From positions 1 to 57,615 of IMG/VR virus record IMGVR_UViG_3300045911_000150: a DNA stretch of 57,615 bases, one strand, 5' to 3'. A program made the position numbers and the translations under genes. Shown one piece after another: positions 9,051-18,502 of the stretch. Source of the stretch: a virus (taxonomy: Duplodnaviria; Caudoviricetes). Under the pieces are notes generated by a model that saw nothing but the letters and a program-made list of their open reading frames with translations, was not told the origin of the DNA and did no database searches. The stretch's first letter is position 1, and each line of letters begins with the position of its first letter.

Positions 9051-9427
9051 ACGACGAAGACGACCTGCTGAGCAACCTCAGCGACATGGATGATGACGAC
9101 GGCCCTGGCGGCCTGGTGGCGCAGCCCAAGACCAAGACCAGGACCAAGACCAAGGCGCCGCGGGTCTCAACGCCCGAGGGCGAGCAGATGGTTCGGATCA
9201 TCCTGGAGGAGTCCGAGGAAATCCCGCCCACCGGTCAGTTTGTCGGCCTGAACGGGCGCACCTGGATCATCCGGCCGGGCGAGGAGGTCGAGGTGCCGCA
9301 GGGCGTCGTCGAGGTGCTGCAGAACGCAGTCACGAGGGTGCCCGTCGTGGACCCGCAGACGCGGCAGGTCGTCGATTATCGGGACCGCACGCGGCTGCCG
9401 TTCCGCATCCTGAGTCGGCGAGGGTAA
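9047..9427 (+). CDS. Conserved virion-region hypothetical protein
   Basis: GTG start with AAGGAG RBS; VGLNG...IRPGEEVEVP motif. Confidence 0.7.
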   Translation: MNDEDDLLSNLSDMDDDDGPGGLVAQPKTKTRTKTKAPRVSTPEGEQMVRIILEESEEIPPTGQFVGLNGRTWIIRPGEEVEVPQGVVEVLQNAVTRVPVVDPQTRQVVDYRDRTRLPFRILSRRG

Positions 9428-9430
9428 CAC

Positions 9431-10195
9431 GTGACCTTGCGCGAGCTGCTCCGTGAGCTGCGCGAGAACATCCTTCACGATCGGTCGCACCGGGTGGAGG
9501 GTGACAGCGACTTGCTGTGGAGCGACGCGACGCTCGTGCGCTATATCGACGAGGCACAGCGCCGCTTGGCGCGGCAGGGCCTGGTCATTCGGGACGCGCG
9601 CACCCCCGAGGTGTGCCGCGTCCCGCTCCTTGAAGGGGTCGAGGAGTATGAGCTGCACCCCTCGGTGGTGGCGGTGGTCTCTGCGCGGCTGGAGGACAGC
9701 GCGCGCGACCTCGTCCGGGTCGGCCACGCGCTCCTGAACGGGTACCAGTCCCCGGACCAGCACGTCCATAGCGTGGCGTCCTACGCCAGCCTTCCTCCGG
9801 GCAGGGTGATCGCCTACTCGACGGACGAGAGCATCTCGGCGACCGAGACCGACTCGTTCGATGCTCCGATCCTGCGCGTCTTCCCGGCTCCGCGCGTCGA
9901 CGCGCTCACTCCGGTGCTGCTGCGCGTCGTGCGGATGCCGATTGACCGGCTTTCGGTCAACAACCTGGACGCAACCCCGGAGGTTCCGAGCGACTTCCAT
10001 CTGCCGATGCTGGACTGGGCGGCCTATCTTGCGCTACGAATGGCAGACATCGACGCAGGTCTGCCCCAGCGTGCTGCGGAGTTTCGGACCTCGTTCGAGA
10101 TGATGGTGGCAGAGGCACGCAAGGTCACGCTGCGGAAGATGTTCGCCCCGAAAGGCTGGGGCTTCGGTCGTGGCGGGTGGACATGGGAGACGTGA
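9431..10195 (+). CDS. Probable head-tail adaptor protein
   Basis: LWSD..L..YIDEAQ and PEVP..FH..LDWAAY patterns typical of podovirus adaptors. Confidence 0.7.
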   Translation: MTLRELLRELRENILHDRSHRVEGDSDLLWSDATLVRYIDEAQRRLARQGLVIRDARTPEVCRVPLLEGVEEYELHPSVVAVVSARLEDSARDLVRVGHALLNGYQSPDQHVHSVASYASLPPGRVIAYSTDESISATETDSFDAPILRVFPAPRVDALTPVLLRVVRMPIDRLSVNNLDATPEVPSDFHLPMLDWAAYLALRMADIDAGLPQRAAEFRTSFEMMVAEARKVTLRKMFAPKGWGFGRGGWTWET

Positions 10196-10196
10196 C

Positions 10197-10934
10197 ATGG
10201 CCGACAACAGGGTTCTCGACTTCCTGAGGGGTGCCGTGCAGATGGCCTCCCCGGTTCCGGGGGGTGCGCCGGAGCGACCGCCTGTACAGAGTCCGCCCCC
10301 TCCGCCGCCGGTGATGGACGCTGCCGCGCAGCGCGCGCAGGCGGTTTCGGGGTTTCTGCCGACTCTTGCGAGGGAGGTTGTCGAGCAGACGGTTACGCGC
10401 CCTGCTGCGCGGACGGCAGCGGCTAGCGGCGCTTTGGGTAGCCGCATACTAGGCTATGGCGCGTCGTTGCTTGGTGCGACGGATTTCGGAGCAGATCAAT
10501 TTCGACGTGCTGAAGCTGCAGATCGGCGGTTTCTGGAGCTCGTGGGTGCTCGCCCGGGAGTGCCCATGCCGACCATGCCCGCACCCGCTGCCGCGCCCGC
10601 GCCCGCCGCCAAGACCCCGAATACCGGCGTTCAGCGGTCGGCAGGCACGTCTCAGCAGCAGCAAGAGCAGGCCATGATCCGGGCAGTGCAGGCTCTCGGC
10701 GGGCTGAACATCCGCCAGATCGACCAGCTGATGGGCGCGGTGCCTGCTGCGCCCGCGCGGCTGACGCCTCAACAGCAGGCGACCGAGGATCTGCGACAGC
10801 TCGCGCTGCGTGAGTACCTGGAAAATACGGGTCCGAATGCGACCGTGGAGCAGGCCTCGGCCGCGCGGCAGCAGCTGCTGCAGCTGCTCGGGCCGATCGC
10901 CGGCAATAACCAGGTCGGGCTGTTCAGCCAATGA
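10197..10934 (+). CDS. Putative internal virion (ejection) protein
   Basis: A/Q/G-rich; coupled to the giant protein gene. Confidence 0.55.
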   Translation: MADNRVLDFLRGAVQMASPVPGGAPERPPVQSPPPPPPVMDAAAQRAQAVSGFLPTLAREVVEQTVTRPAARTAAASGALGSRILGYGASLLGATDFGADQFRRAEAADRRFLELVGARPGVPMPTMPAPAAAPAPAAKTPNTGVQRSAGTSQQQQEQAMIRAVQALGGLNIRQIDQLMGAVPAAPARLTPQQQATEDLRQLALREYLENTGPNATVEQASAARQQLLQLLGPIAGNNQVGLFSQ

Positions 10935-13900
10935 GCACCAACCCCTTTACGGGCGAGTACACCTCTCCGTTCGCAGCCGCGAACGGCTTGCCGAGGTATG
11001 ACGGGCCGCGGCGGTGGGAGGATCCTCCGGGGACCATGGTCAGCCGGGCGCTCGGGCGCGGCATCGACATCATGCAGCAGAACCTCGGCTCTGCGGTCGA
11101 GGGCATCGGAAACGTCACCGGCATCCGGGCGCTGGCCGATTATGGGGCGGATGTCGTGCGCCGCAACCAGGCGCAGATCGACGCCTCGCGCGCGATGGAG
11201 TCGGACGGCCCGCTGAGCTACTTCGTGAGCCTGCTCGGCGAGAACGCCCCCCAGTTGGCGCTGTCAGTGGGCGCTCCGCTGGTCGGGGGGCTCATGCGAG
11301 CTGCGCAGGGCTTCCGCGTCGGTGCCGCAGCCTCGGCCGGGTTCAACTACGCGATGCTGGCCGGTGAGGCGCGTGAGACCCAGCGCGCCGAGAACGAGCG
11401 CCAAGGCCTGGGTGCGCCGATCAACGAGGCGGCGGCATTCGGCGCCGCAGTCCCGGCGGCTGCGCTCGACACGCTGTCGGGCGTGATGCAGGCGCGGCTG
11501 GCGACGCGCTTCGCTCGCGCGACCGCAGAGGGCCGGCCGTTCTTCTCGGCGGCTACGGCGCGGGATGTTGCCGGGGCGGCGGCGCGTGGCGCGGCGACGG
11601 AGGCTCCGACTGAGGCGGGCCAACAGGCGATCTTGCGGGCGCAGGCCGGACAGTCGCTGACCGACCGCGAGGCCGCGCTGGAGATCCTCGAAGCGGGCAT
11701 GGCCGGGGCCATTCTGGGCGGCACGCTTTCGGGCGGTGCGCGGACTCTGGGCGCCCTGCGCCGGCCTGCGCAGCAGGTCACGAACGAGGACATCGTCCAG
11801 ACGGTCGATGCCGAGCTGGGGTCGGCGGAGCAGCCTGATCCGCGGCAGCCCGGCCTATTGCAGCCCGGCGAGGCCGGGCCGGGCAGAACGCTCCAGAACG
11901 TGCCGACGCCGGTGCTGGTTGAGCAGCTGATGGCGGCCCAGCAGCGCGAGCTGTCTGGTCAGGCGTCGCGAGAGGATGTGACGGCCCGGCAGATGCTGCA
12001 GGCCGAGCTGCGGCAGCGCGAGCGGGAGGCGGCGGAGTCTGAGCAAGCACAGCCCGTCGTGGACCAGCAGCAGTATGCGCTGCCTAGCCAGCAGGGCGAC
12101 CTGTTTCCCGGGGTGGCGCCGCCTCCGGCGCCACCGGCGCTTGCACAGCCGCCGCGGCCTGCTCAACGGTCGCTGTTCGGGGTGCAGGAGATGGGCCCGC
12201 AGCGGCCCTTCGGGACGCTTTCGGATCGAGAGCTGGAGGCGCGGTTCCTTGAGGCGCGCAAACAGGAAGCTGCAGCTGAGCGTCCTCAGGAAGTTCGGGA
12301 GACTACGCGCCTGCGGCAGATGCTTCAGGCGGAAATGCGGCGTCGGGATGCTGAGCGCGCGGAGGTCGAAGCGCGACAGGCGGAGGGCACCGAGGATCAG
12401 CGGCGGTTTGCGCGGCCCAGCCAGCAGGGCGACCTGTTCGACGGGGAAACTCTACTCGCTCAGCGCGCCGAGCGCGACGGCATGGCGGCCATCCGCCAAG
12501 AGATGTCGTCGATCGCGCAGGCTATGGGCTTGTCGCCGAGGTCCAAGTTCGCTCAGAGGCTGAGCGTTACCTCGCCCGAGGAGCTGCTCAATGCGGTGCT
12601 GGACGGGCTGGAGCGTACGAACGCTCCAGACTTCGACCCGAAAACCGAGGGCGATCTATCGCGGGTGCTGCAGCGGATTTCGTATGCGCTCGGTGTCGGG
12701 CGGGACTTCGATGCGGAGATCGGTGCGCTGGAGGCTCAGCGAGACCAGCTTCGGCGAGAGACCGGCCTGCGCACGCAGGAGTCCGCGAGTCAGTTTCGGG
12801 CGATGACGCAAGAGATGAACGCGCTCATGGCCCGCAAGGACATGTACGAGCGCGTGGTGGCGGAGCGTCGAGCTGCTGCAGAAGCTGCGGCTCAGGCTCA
12901 GGCGCGAGAGCAGGCTCTAGCAGCCCGGCGAGCGCAAGCGCGGGCCGCGGTCGAGGCGCGCATGCGAGATCGCCAGCGCGGACGCGATATGGCAGCAGCT
13001 CTGGCTCAGGAGCGGGCCCGGGAGCAGGCGGAGGCTCAAGCTCGGGCCCAAGCTGAGGCGGAACGCAACCCGCTCATGGCAGCGCGCCTACAAGAGGCTC
13101 AGGCGCGGCGAGCGCAGGCGGAGGCGCAAGCGCGGCTCTCTCGTCAGCGCCAGCAAGAGTTCGAGGCGGCGCAGCAGCAGCGGCGGGATGCTGACGTGCG
13201 GCGCGCACGTCAGCAAGCTGCGGATCAGCTTCTGGCGCGACAGAACGCTGAGATGCTCGAACAGCTGCGAGAGGATGTTCGGGCGAAACGAGCTGAGCTG
13301 AGGGCGGCAGCACAGCGCAATCCGATCATGGCTGATCGGCTCCGTGAGGCGATGGCTGCGGCAGAGCAGAGGCTGCGGCAAGAGCAAGAACGGCAGGCGC
13401 AGGAGGCACAGGCGAAGGCGCAGGCGGAGGCGCAGGCACGGCTCTCTCGTCAGCGCCAGCAAGAGTTCGAGGTAGCGGAGCAGCAGCGGCGGGATGCTGA
13501 CGTGCGCGCCGCGCGTCAGCAAGCTGTGGAGCAGCGTCTGGCGCAACAGAACGCCGAAATGCTTGCCCAGCTGCGAGAGAATGTTCGGGCGAAGCGAGCT
13601 GAGCTGAGGGAGGCAGAACAGCGCAACCCGATCATGGCTGATCGGCTCCGCGAGGCGATGGCTGCGGCAGAGCAGAGGCTGCAGCAGGAGCAAGAGCGGC
13701 AGGCGCAGGCGGAGGCGCAGGCGCGGCTCTCTCGTCAGCGCCAGCAGGAGCTTGCGGCGGCGGAGCAGCAGCGGCGGGATGCCGACGTACTGGCGGCCGA
13801 GCGGCAGGCGCGCGAGCAGATCGGCGAGCAGGTGCTGGCAAGCCGCGAGCCGTGGATGGAGCGCGGGTCGCCTGAGGCCCTTGCGCGGCTTCAGCAGGGT

Positions 13901-16900
13901 GCTGTTGAGCGGCGGCAGGCCCAGGCTGCGCAAAAGCCGGCTGTGATCGTGAGTGAGGCCCGGAAGGGCAACACATTCGAGATGACTACGGCGGACGGGG
14001 TGACCTACCGCCTCGACAAGCGACGTGACGGCTTCTACCTGAACAACCAGCGTGTGGGCAGGACGATCGAGACTGCCCGGGAAGGTGTGCGCCGGTATCA
14101 TGATGCCGAGCGCGGCATCATGCGCCGCGCGAACAAGGTATTCGATGCTGAGTTCGAGTCGGTTGCGGATGTGTCGCCTGCAGGGAGCCCGCTGCCTGGT
14201 CGGGCGGACATGATTCGCAACTACATCGCGCAAGCGACCCGCGGGTGGGCTGCCGCGCCCGGGAACGTCGTTGTGGTCGACTCCTACGCCGATCTGCCGG
14301 CCGGTCTGGCAGATGCAGATACGGCTGGGGTGATCGACACCAACGGAGATGTCTACATCGTCGCTGATGCGCATCAGCACCCCATGCTGGCGGTTGGGAC
14401 GCTGTTTCACGAGGTGCTCGGGCACCGGGGGCTGCGATTGCTGTATGGCCGCGCGCGGGCGGACGTGCTGGAGAACCTCTACGAGAACAGCCAGCGTGTG
14501 CGCGACCTCGTGCAGGAGTGGGAGGCGTCTTACTCCCCGGATGTGTTCCAGAGATCGTACGGCGATCTGCCTCTGCATCTGCGCGTGGAGGAGGCGCTGG
14601 CGACCATGTCGGAGGGCGGCCCGATCCGGGCCACCTTGCTCGACCGCATGAAGAAGGTCATCGCGGACTTTGCCCGGCGGCTCGGGCTCAAGGTGCAGTT
14701 CTCGGAGGCGCAGATCCGCGCCATCATGGCTCAGGCACACGAGCTGGCGATGGCGCAGGGCAGTGTCGAGCGGGATCTGAGCACGCCTGCGATGGGTCGC
14801 CCGGCTCGACGGGCGGTCGGCCCTGTCGCTACTCCGAGCCAGATCGCCGAGCTGGCGAAGCAGTACAAGGATCCCGTGCTGGCGGCGCCGATCCTGCGCC
14901 TCGCCTCAGTGGCGGCCAGCGGCGTCCCGGACACACCGCAGGGCGACCAGACGATCGTCCAGCGTCTGATCAAGGCGGTCACCGGTGTCACGAACCGGGC
15001 TCAGAGCACGAATGTGCGCGAGGCGGCCCGGGCGGCCGGGGTGTACTATCAGTCGCTCGGTCATCTCGTGAACACCTACGGCGATCTGTTCAAGATCACC
15101 ACGCGAGACGGGCGGCAAACCAACGCGCTCAAGGAGTTCCAGCGTGGTCGAGACCTGCGCGCGTCGGTGCGCGAGATCATCGGCCGGGTCGCCAACCAGG
15201 CGATGGACAGCTTTGCCAAGCTGAGCCCGACGGCCCAGCAGGATACGCTGGACCTGATGACGGGCACGTTCCTGCAGCTCGACCCCGGCAAGAGGCTGGA
15301 GGATCATGCGCACCTGACGCCTGCGGAGCGCGCGGCGCGGCGGTCGGAGCATGCCAAGCTGGTAGAGGCACGCAACCGGCTGGCTCGGGATGGCAATCTG
15401 AGCGCGTATGACAACATGGTCCACACCATGCGCGCGACCTACCTGCAGCAGCATACAATGGACCTGTACGACCTGATCCGGGCTACGCCCGAGATCCGGC
15501 AGAGAATCCAGGCGGCGGGGTCGAACCCGATTTTGAAGTTTGCCGAAGCGCACCGGATCCAGGGTAGCCCGCAGAAGATCGAGCAGTTCTGGGACAAGGA
15601 GCTCAAGGAGCTGCTTGTGCAGACCAAGGCGTTCGTTGCGCAGCAGACGACGACCAAGGCTACGGACCCCCAGATGCTGAAGTTCTCGTCCATGGTTGGT
15701 GCAATTCGCGAGGAGGTCGACAGCATCGAGCACGAAGTCCGGGCGATGAACGACTACCCCTACTTCCACCTCGGGCGGTTCGGGAAATACTACGCTTCGT
15801 TCCAGCTGCGCTCGGTGCCTGGCCCCAACAACACGCGCTTGCCGGATCCCAGGGCCGTGCGTGTGGTGCAGGAGCGCCTCAAGGCGATCGGGATGGACAA
15901 CGTGGTCCTCAGCGAGAACGCGGACGGGTCGAGCGTGTTCATCCGCGTGGAGAGCCCTGCAGCTGCGGACACGATCCAGAAGATGGCGCAGGACCTGATG
16001 GCCGAGGGCGTCGTCGACGACAAGGTGCCGCCGAAAGCCGGCGAGGTGGACCCTCTGGCGGAGCTGCCTGAGTCCGCGCGGAAGACGCTGGACAGCCTGC
16101 TGCTTGAAGTGGAGGCGCGGAACGCCCCCACGACGGCGGACACGCCCGAGACCAGCGCCGTCAAGGCGGAGTACGTCGCACGACTGAAGGCCGACCTGAA
16201 GGCTGCGTTCCTGGCTCGCCTGCCGGACTCCTCGGTGGCGAAGGTCATGGCCCGGCGAGGCTTCAAGGCAGGGTTCGACAAGGACATGCTGCGGGCCTTC
16301 GCCCTGCGGATGCAGGTCGCCTCGAACTCGGCTGCGTCGCGACTGGCGGCGAACATCACGGGAGACGCGATCAACGAGATGACGACGGCCGTCTCGAACG
16401 CACGCGCGGGCGACTCGAGCAAGTGGACCATGACCACGGTTCTGCGCGAGCTGATGAAGCGCGAAGCGACGGCGCCGGACACCATGGCGACGAACTTCAT
16501 CGACGCCATGCGGGCGTTCAACCATAACTACTTCCTGGCCTGGAACCCCGGCTACTGGCTGACCCAGATCACGCAGCTGCAGACCAACCTCTGGCCCGAG
16601 CTGGTCAAGAGCGGGATGAGCTACAAGGACGCCTTCGGAGCGATGCAGCGTGGGTTCGGCCCGGCGTTCCAGATCACCAAGGCGGTGATCGCGGACGCCA
16701 AGAAGCGCGGATTCGCACGCTACGGCGCGGACGCCACGGTCACGACCGAAGTCCTGGACAAGATCCAGCTCTTGCCGGATCCGGCGAAGGACGCGGAGCT
16801 CAAGCAGTTCATTCTGCGGATGTATCTGCGCGGGTCGATCGACATCGGGTCGGCCTCGCGAGAGCTTGGCCGGGTGGCCGAGGGCCGAGCAGAAGGCAAG

Positions 16901-18118
16901 TTCGACACCACGATGCGCTGGGCGTCGTCGAGCAGCTACTACCTGGAGACCATGACGCGACTGACCGCTGCGCTGGCTGCGCGTGAGGTTGCGCTGAAAC
17001 AGGGCAAGACTGCGGACCAGGCTGTCGAGTATGCGACCGATGTCGTGCGCGAGGCGATGCTGGACTATACCGAGAGCAACCGGGCTCGGGCGTTCGGAAA
17101 GCAAGGCCTCGCAGCGCAGTTCACGCCTCTCGCTACGGCGTTCCTGAGCTTCCAGTTCCTCATGCTGGAGAAGTACAGCCGGGAGATCGGCACAGCATTC
17201 ATCAGCTCGGCGGCTACTCCGCAGGAGAGGGCGGCAGCGCGGCGGTGGCTGGCGTCGCACATGGCTTCCATGACCGTGCTGGCCGGGTCTTTGGGCCTGC
17301 CGTTCGTCACCGTGATCGCCCGCGCGATCGACGCGCTGAAGGAGCTGCTGAGCGACGACGAGGAGCCGTTCGACTCCAGGATCGCCTACCGGAACTTCCT
17401 GGCCGACATCTTCGGGCAGGACGTGGCCGAGGTGCTGGCGCGCGGGCTTCCGCGTGCGGTCGGGTTCGACATCTCGGGCCGCATCGGAGCGGCCGACATC
17501 TTGCCGTTTTCGCAGCTCATCGCGGATCGTCGCGACTGGGACGACGCGCTGAACGACATGGCTGCGCGGACTTACGGCTCGGCGTTCAGCATCCTGCAGG
17601 GCATGCTGAAAGGCGGGCAGCGGATCGCGGACGGCGACATTCTGGGCGGGATGCGAGAGGCGCTGCCGGTGGCCGTGCGAAACCCTCTGGAGGCGGTGCG
17701 TTACACGCAGGAGGGCATCGTCGACCGGCGGGGGAACCTGCTGCCGATCGAGCCGTCGGCGATGATGGTGGTCTGGCAGGCGCTCGGCCTGACCCCGGCC
17801 GAGCGGGCCGAGTACAGCGAGGCGAACTTCGCTGCGTCAGCGCGTCGGGGTGTCTTGGGACGCTCGGCGACGCGGATCCGCCAGACTGTCGCGCGGGCGG
17901 TGCAGACGGGCGACCAGGAGGCGCTGCGGGCGGCGCTGGAGCGCGTCAGGGAGTTCGACGCGAATGTGTCCCCGGCCTTCCGCATCGGGCCGAATCTTGC
18001 GACTTCCGTGCAGCAGGCTGTCCGGCGACGCGAAATGGCGCAGGCGATGGGGGCACCGCTGGGGCTGGCGCCGCAAGACCTCATGGGGCAGAATGCGCTG
18101 CGGTTCGCAAACTTCTGA
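10931..18118 (+). CDS. Giant internal virion / polyvalent protein (2395 aa) with a zincin-like HExxGH peptidase and a PLxRFG-like C-terminal region
   Basis: LFHEVLGHRGL at about 14400-14435; YFHLGRFG at about 15761-15784; A/G-rich N-terminus; central coiled-coil repeats. Confidence 0.8.
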   Translation: MSTNPFTGEYTSPFAAANGLPRYDGPRRWEDPPGTMVSRALGRGIDIMQQNLGSAVEGIGNVTGIRALADYGADVVRRNQAQIDASRAMESDGPLSYFVSLLGENAPQLALSVGAPLVGGLMRAAQGFRVGAAASAGFNYAMLAGEARETQRAENERQGLGAPINEAAAFGAAVPAAALDTLSGVMQARLATRFARATAEGRPFFSAATARDVAGAAARGAATEAPTEAGQQAILRAQAGQSLTDREAALEILEAGMAGAILGGTLSGGARTLGALRRPAQQVTNEDIVQTVDAELGSAEQPDPRQPGLLQPGEAGPGRTLQNVPTPVLVEQLMAAQQRELSGQASREDVTARQMLQAELRQREREAAESEQAQPVVDQQQYALPSQQGDLFPGVAPPPAPPALAQPPRPAQRSLFGVQEMGPQRPFGTLSDRELEARFLEARKQEAAAERPQEVRETTRLRQMLQAEMRRRDAERAEVEARQAEGTEDQRRFARPSQQGDLFDGETLLAQRAERDGMAAIRQEMSSIAQAMGLSPRSKFAQRLSVTSPEELLNAVLDGLERTNAPDFDPKTEGDLSRVLQRISYALGVGRDFDAEIGALEAQRDQLRRETGLRTQESASQFRAMTQEMNALMARKDMYERVVAERRAAAEAAAQAQAREQALAARRAQARAAVEARMRDRQRGRDMAAALAQERAREQAEAQARAQAEAERNPLMAARLQEAQARRAQAEAQARLSRQRQQEFEAAQQQRRDADVRRARQQAADQLLARQNAEMLEQLREDVRAKRAELRAAAQRNPIMADRLREAMAAAEQRLRQEQERQAQEAQAKAQAEAQARLSRQRQQEFEVAEQQRRDADVRAARQQAVEQRLAQQNAEMLAQLRENVRAKRAELREAEQRNPIMADRLREAMAAAEQRLQQEQERQAQAEAQARLSRQRQQELAAAEQQRRDADVLAAERQAREQIGEQVLASREPWMERGSPEALARLQQGAVERRQAQAAQKPAVIVSEARKGNTFEMTTADGVTYRLDKRRDGFYLNNQRVGRTIETAREGVRRYHDAERGIMRRANKVFDAEFESVADVSPAGSPLPGRADMIRNYIAQATRGWAAAPGNVVVVDSYADLPAGLADADTAGVIDTNGDVYIVADAHQHPMLAVGTLFHEVLGHRGLRLLYGRARADVLENLYENSQRVRDLVQEWEASYSPDVFQRSYGDLPLHLRVEEALATMSEGGPIRATLLDRMKKVIADFARRLGLKVQFSEAQIRAIMAQAHELAMAQGSVERDLSTPAMGRPARRAVGPVATPSQIAELAKQYKDPVLAAPILRLASVAASGVPDTPQGDQTIVQRLIKAVTGVTNRAQSTNVREAARAAGVYYQSLGHLVNTYGDLFKITTRDGRQTNALKEFQRGRDLRASVREIIGRVANQAMDSFAKLSPTAQQDTLDLMTGTFLQLDPGKRLEDHAHLTPAERAARRSEHAKLVEARNRLARDGNLSAYDNMVHTMRATYLQQHTMDLYDLIRATPEIRQRIQAAGSNPILKFAEAHRIQGSPQKIEQFWDKELKELLVQTKAFVAQQTTTKATDPQMLKFSSMVGAIREEVDSIEHEVRAMNDYPYFHLGRFGKYYASFQLRSVPGPNNTRLPDPRAVRVVQERLKAIGMDNVVLSENADGSSVFIRVESPAAADTIQKMAQDLMAEGVVDDKVPPKAGEVDPLAELPESARKTLDSLLLEVEARNAPTTADTPETSAVKAEYVARLKADLKAAFLARLPDSSVAKVMARRGFKAGFDKDMLRAFALRMQVASNSAASRLAANITGDAINEMTTAVSNARAGDSSKWTMTTVLRELMKREATAPDTMATNFIDAMRAFNHNYFLAWNPGYWLTQITQLQTNLWPELVKSGMSYKDAFGAMQRGFGPAFQITKAVIADAKKRGFARYGADATVTTEVLDKIQLLPDPAKDAELKQFILRMYLRGSIDIGSASRELGRVAEGRAEGKFDTTMRWASSSSYYLETMTRLTAALAAREVALKQGKTADQAVEYATDVVREAMLDYTESNRARAFGKQGLAAQFTPLATAFLSFQFLMLEKYSREIGTAFISSAATPQERAAARRWLASHMASMTVLAGSLGLPFVTVIARAIDALKELLSDDEEPFDSRIAYRNFLADIFGQDVAEVLARGLPRAVGFDISGRIGAADILPFSQLIADRRDWDDALNDMAARTYGSAFSILQGMLKGGQRIADGDILGGMREALPVAVRNPLEAVRYTQEGIVDRRGNLLPIEPSAMMVVWQALGLTPAERAEYSEANFAASARRGVLGRSATRIRQTVARAVQTGDQEALRAALERVREFDANVSPAFRIGPNLATSVQQAVRRREMAQAMGAPLGLAPQDLMGQNALRFANF
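13112..13810 (+). repeat. About 2.3 copies of a 285-306-bp in-frame repeat inside the giant gene
   Basis: AQAEAQARLSRQRQQE starts at 13112, 13418 and 13703. Confidence 0.85.
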
Positions 18119-18133
18119 GCCAAGGAGTCCGGG

Positions 18134-18502
18134 ATGAACGTCGCGAACTACCCGATCACCGTCCATCAGGGCGCGACCTATACTCTCGCGCTCACGTGGA
18201 GGGTGGACGGCAACCCGGTCGACCTGACCGACTGGTCGGCGCGGATGCAGTTGCGGCGCAGGCACAAGGACGAGGCCGTGTGGGTCAGCCTGACCTCGGA
18301 TGTGGGTGGGGGCATTGTCTTGGGCGGTCCGGCCGGCACGATCAGCATTCGTATCGAGGCAGACGAGACCGCCACGCTGCCGGCGCCTCAGACCGGGGTC
18401 TATGACCTGGAGCTGGAGCACACCGATGGCACGGTGCGACGCATTCTGGAGGGGCTTGTGCGCGTCACGCCGGAGGTCACGCGGCCGGAGGTCACGCCGT
18501 GA
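18134..18502 (+). CDS. Ig-like tail fibre anchor/adaptor protein
   Basis: QGAT..., [13 protein letters not shown] and GVYDLEL...RILEG.V.VTPEVTR motifs, typically found upstream of tail fibres. Confidence 0.7.
   Translation: MNVANYPITVHQGATYTLALTWRVDGNPVDLTDWSARMQLRRRHKDEAVWVSLTSDVGGGIVLGGPAGTISIRIEADETATLPAPQTGVYDLELEHTDGTVRRILEGLVRVTPEVTRPEVTP

Noticed and set aside
10931-18118. N4-like virion RNA polymerase
   Set aside because: No T7-type RNAP catalytic motifs recognised, and it is much shorter than N4 vRNAP
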